Assembly (NCBI GenBank): GCA_964016885.1
Contig: OZ024741.1
Location: 401,946,001 to 402,010,000, forward strand
Source: Eledone cirrhosa
Taxonomy: Eukaryota
DNA: 64,000 nucleotides
Reading direction: 5' to 3'
The notes under the pieces: model-generated
The model's database searches: none
What the model was told of the DNA's origin: nothing
The model's input: only the letters and a program-made list of their open reading frames with translations
Shown: piece by piece, positions 61,201-64,000 of the stretch
Layout: the number at the start of each line of letters is the position of its first letter
Position numbering within the stretch: position 1 is the stretch's first letter
Made by a program: the position numbers and the translations under genes

Positions 61201-64000
61201 AGACCCGCCTTACCTAAATACAAAGTAAAACCTACTACAGCCAGTAGGCATCTCTAACAAAACACATCCCCGTCCCACCACCCCCACCCCATCCACACCG
61301 CCCCTTTCAATGTAAAGTTATGTTGGTGCCACAACATCCAGGCCGAAACAAATGAGATCGTGTAGACACAGTCCACGCTGTAATGTGGCCGTGTAGGCAA
61401 CACGGTAAAAACCTACCAGCCCCACACTGTAAATGTGGTTGGTGTTAGGAAGGGCATCCAGCTGTAGAAAACCTGCCAGACAGTACACGCTGTAATGGGG
61501 GATGTGTAGGCAACACGGTAAAAACCTCCCAGCCCCACACTGTAAATGTGGTTGGTGTTAGGAAGGGCATCCAGCTGTAGAAAACCCGCCAGATAGTCCT
61601 ATGCGAGCAAGACAATCACTCTTGCCTCAAATGGGAAAACCCCCGTCCAAAGCCATGCAAGCGTGGAACACGGTCGTTAAACGTTGACGATGATGAACTA
61701 CATTATAATCACATATATTATATATAACTATATTATAATCACATATATTATATATAACTACATTATAATCACATATATTATATATAACTACATTATAATC
61801 ACATATATTATATATAACTATATTATAATCACATATATTATATATAAATAACTACATTATAATCACATATATCATATATAACTATATTATAATCACATAT
61901 ATTATATATAACTACATTATAATCACATATATTATATATAACTATATTATAATCACATATATTTTATATATATAACTATATTATAATCATATATATTATA
62001 TATAACTACATTATAATCACATATATTATATATAACTATATTATAATCACATATATTATATATAACTACATTATAATCACATATATTATATATAACTATA
62101 TTATAATCACATATATTATATATAACTATATTATAATCACATATATAATATATATATATAACTATATTATAATCACATATATTATATATAACTATATTAT
62201 AATCACATATATTATATATAACTATATTATAATCACATATATTATATATAACTATATTATAATCACATATAATATATATAACTATATTATAATCACATAT
62301 TATATATAACTACATTATAATCACATATATTATATATAACTATATTATAATCACATATATTATATATAACTACATTATAATCACATATATTAGATATATA
62401 TAACTACCTTATAATCACATATATTATATATAACTACATTATAATCACATATATTATATATAACTACATTATAATCACATATATTATATATAACTACATT
62501 ATAATCACATATATTATATATAACTATATTATAATCACATATATTATATATAAATAACTACATTATAATCACATATATCATATATAACTATATTATAATC
62601 ACATATATTATATATAACTACATTATAATCACATATATTATATATATCTATATTATAATCACATATATTATATATATATAACTACATTATAAACACATAT
62701 ATTATATATAACTACATTATAATCACATATATTATAAATGTATAACTACATTATAACTACATTATAATCACATATATTATATATAACTATATTATAATCA
62801 CATATATTATATATATATAACTACATTATAATCACATATATTATATATAACTATATTATAATCAAATATATTATATATAACTATATTATAATCACATATA
62901 TTATATATATATAACTACATTATAATCACATATATTATATATAACTATATTATAATCACGTATATTATATATAAGTACATTATAATCACATATATTATAT
63001 ATAACTATATTATAATCACATATATTATATATAACTATATTATAATCACATATATTATATATATATAACTACATTATAATCACATATATTATATATATAT
63101 AACAACATTATAATCACATATATTATATATAACTATATTATAATCACATATATTATATATATAACTATATTAAAATCACATATATTATATATAACTATAT
63201 TATAATCACATATATTATATATAACTACATTATAATCACATATATTATATATAACTACATTATAATCACATATATTATATATATATATAACTATATTATA
63301 ATCACATATATTATATATAACTATATATAATCACGTATATTATATATAACTATATTATAATCACTTATATTATATATAACTACATTATAATCACATATAT
63401 TATATATAACTACATTATAATCACATATATTATATATAACTATATTATAATCACATATATTATATATATATAACTACATTATAATCACATATATTACATA
63501 TAACTACATTATAATCACATATATTGTATATAAATATATTATAATCACATATATTATATATAACTACATTATAATCACATATATTATATATATAACTATA
63601 TTATAATCACATATATTATATATAACTACATTATAATCACATATATTATATATAACTATATTATAATCACATATATTATATATAAATAACTGCATTATAA
63701 TTACAGATATTATATATAAATAACTACATTATAATCACATATATTATATATAACTACATTATAATCACATATATTATATATAACTATATTATAATGACAT
63801 ATATTATATATAACTACATTATAATCACATGTATTATATATAACTATTTTATAATCACATATATTATATATATATAACTATATGATAATCACATATATTA
63901 TATATAACTATATTATAATCACATATATTATATATAACTATATTATAATCACATATATTATATATAACTATATTATAATCACATATATTATATATAACTA
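58008..64000 (+). repeat. Composite macrosatellite: RTE 3' tail (58008, 58714, 61137) alternating with 30-bp AT-rich minisatellite blocks
   Basis: CACTTACACCTCTCCAAGACAATG...GATGATGA occurs three times. Each is followed by arrays of AACTAYATTATAATCACATATATTATATAT at about 58275-58713, 59273-61136 and 61697-64000. Confidence 0.95.

Overview
Eukaryotic, AT-rich and repeat-dominated DNA. The SINE, MITE and RTE repertoire resembles that of octopus/cephalopod genomes (recognised from memory, not searched). The only intact protein-coding signal is the 5' part of a minus-strand RNF126/RNF115-family E3 ligase gene: exon 1 CDS at 31084-31170 and exon 2 at 11899-11948. Neither exon appears in the ORF track. 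Intron 1 (about 19 kb) holds an intronless GTF3C5 retro-pseudogene, a probable decayed C2H2 zinc-finger fragment, a dead mariner and a nested piggyBac-MITE > Helitron > SINE stack. About 28 kb of the window is four large tandem arrays, with units of 47/50, 42, 30/33 and 30 bp. The most striking observation is that several arrays can be traced to their seed. The 5.6 kb 42-bp array is a 14-codon piece of a LINE ORF2 amplified about 134 times in place between 8-bp microhomologies. A 73-bp array comes from the endonuclease tail of a CRE-like retrotransposon and recurs at three loci. The right end of the window is a composite macrosatellite of LINE tail plus minisatellite. Also present are three long near-perfect palindromes next to (TA)n tracts and a solo LTR with a 4-bp target-site duplication (TSD). 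I found no CRISPR array or prokaryotic system, and the long repetitive ORFs are by-products of the satellites.
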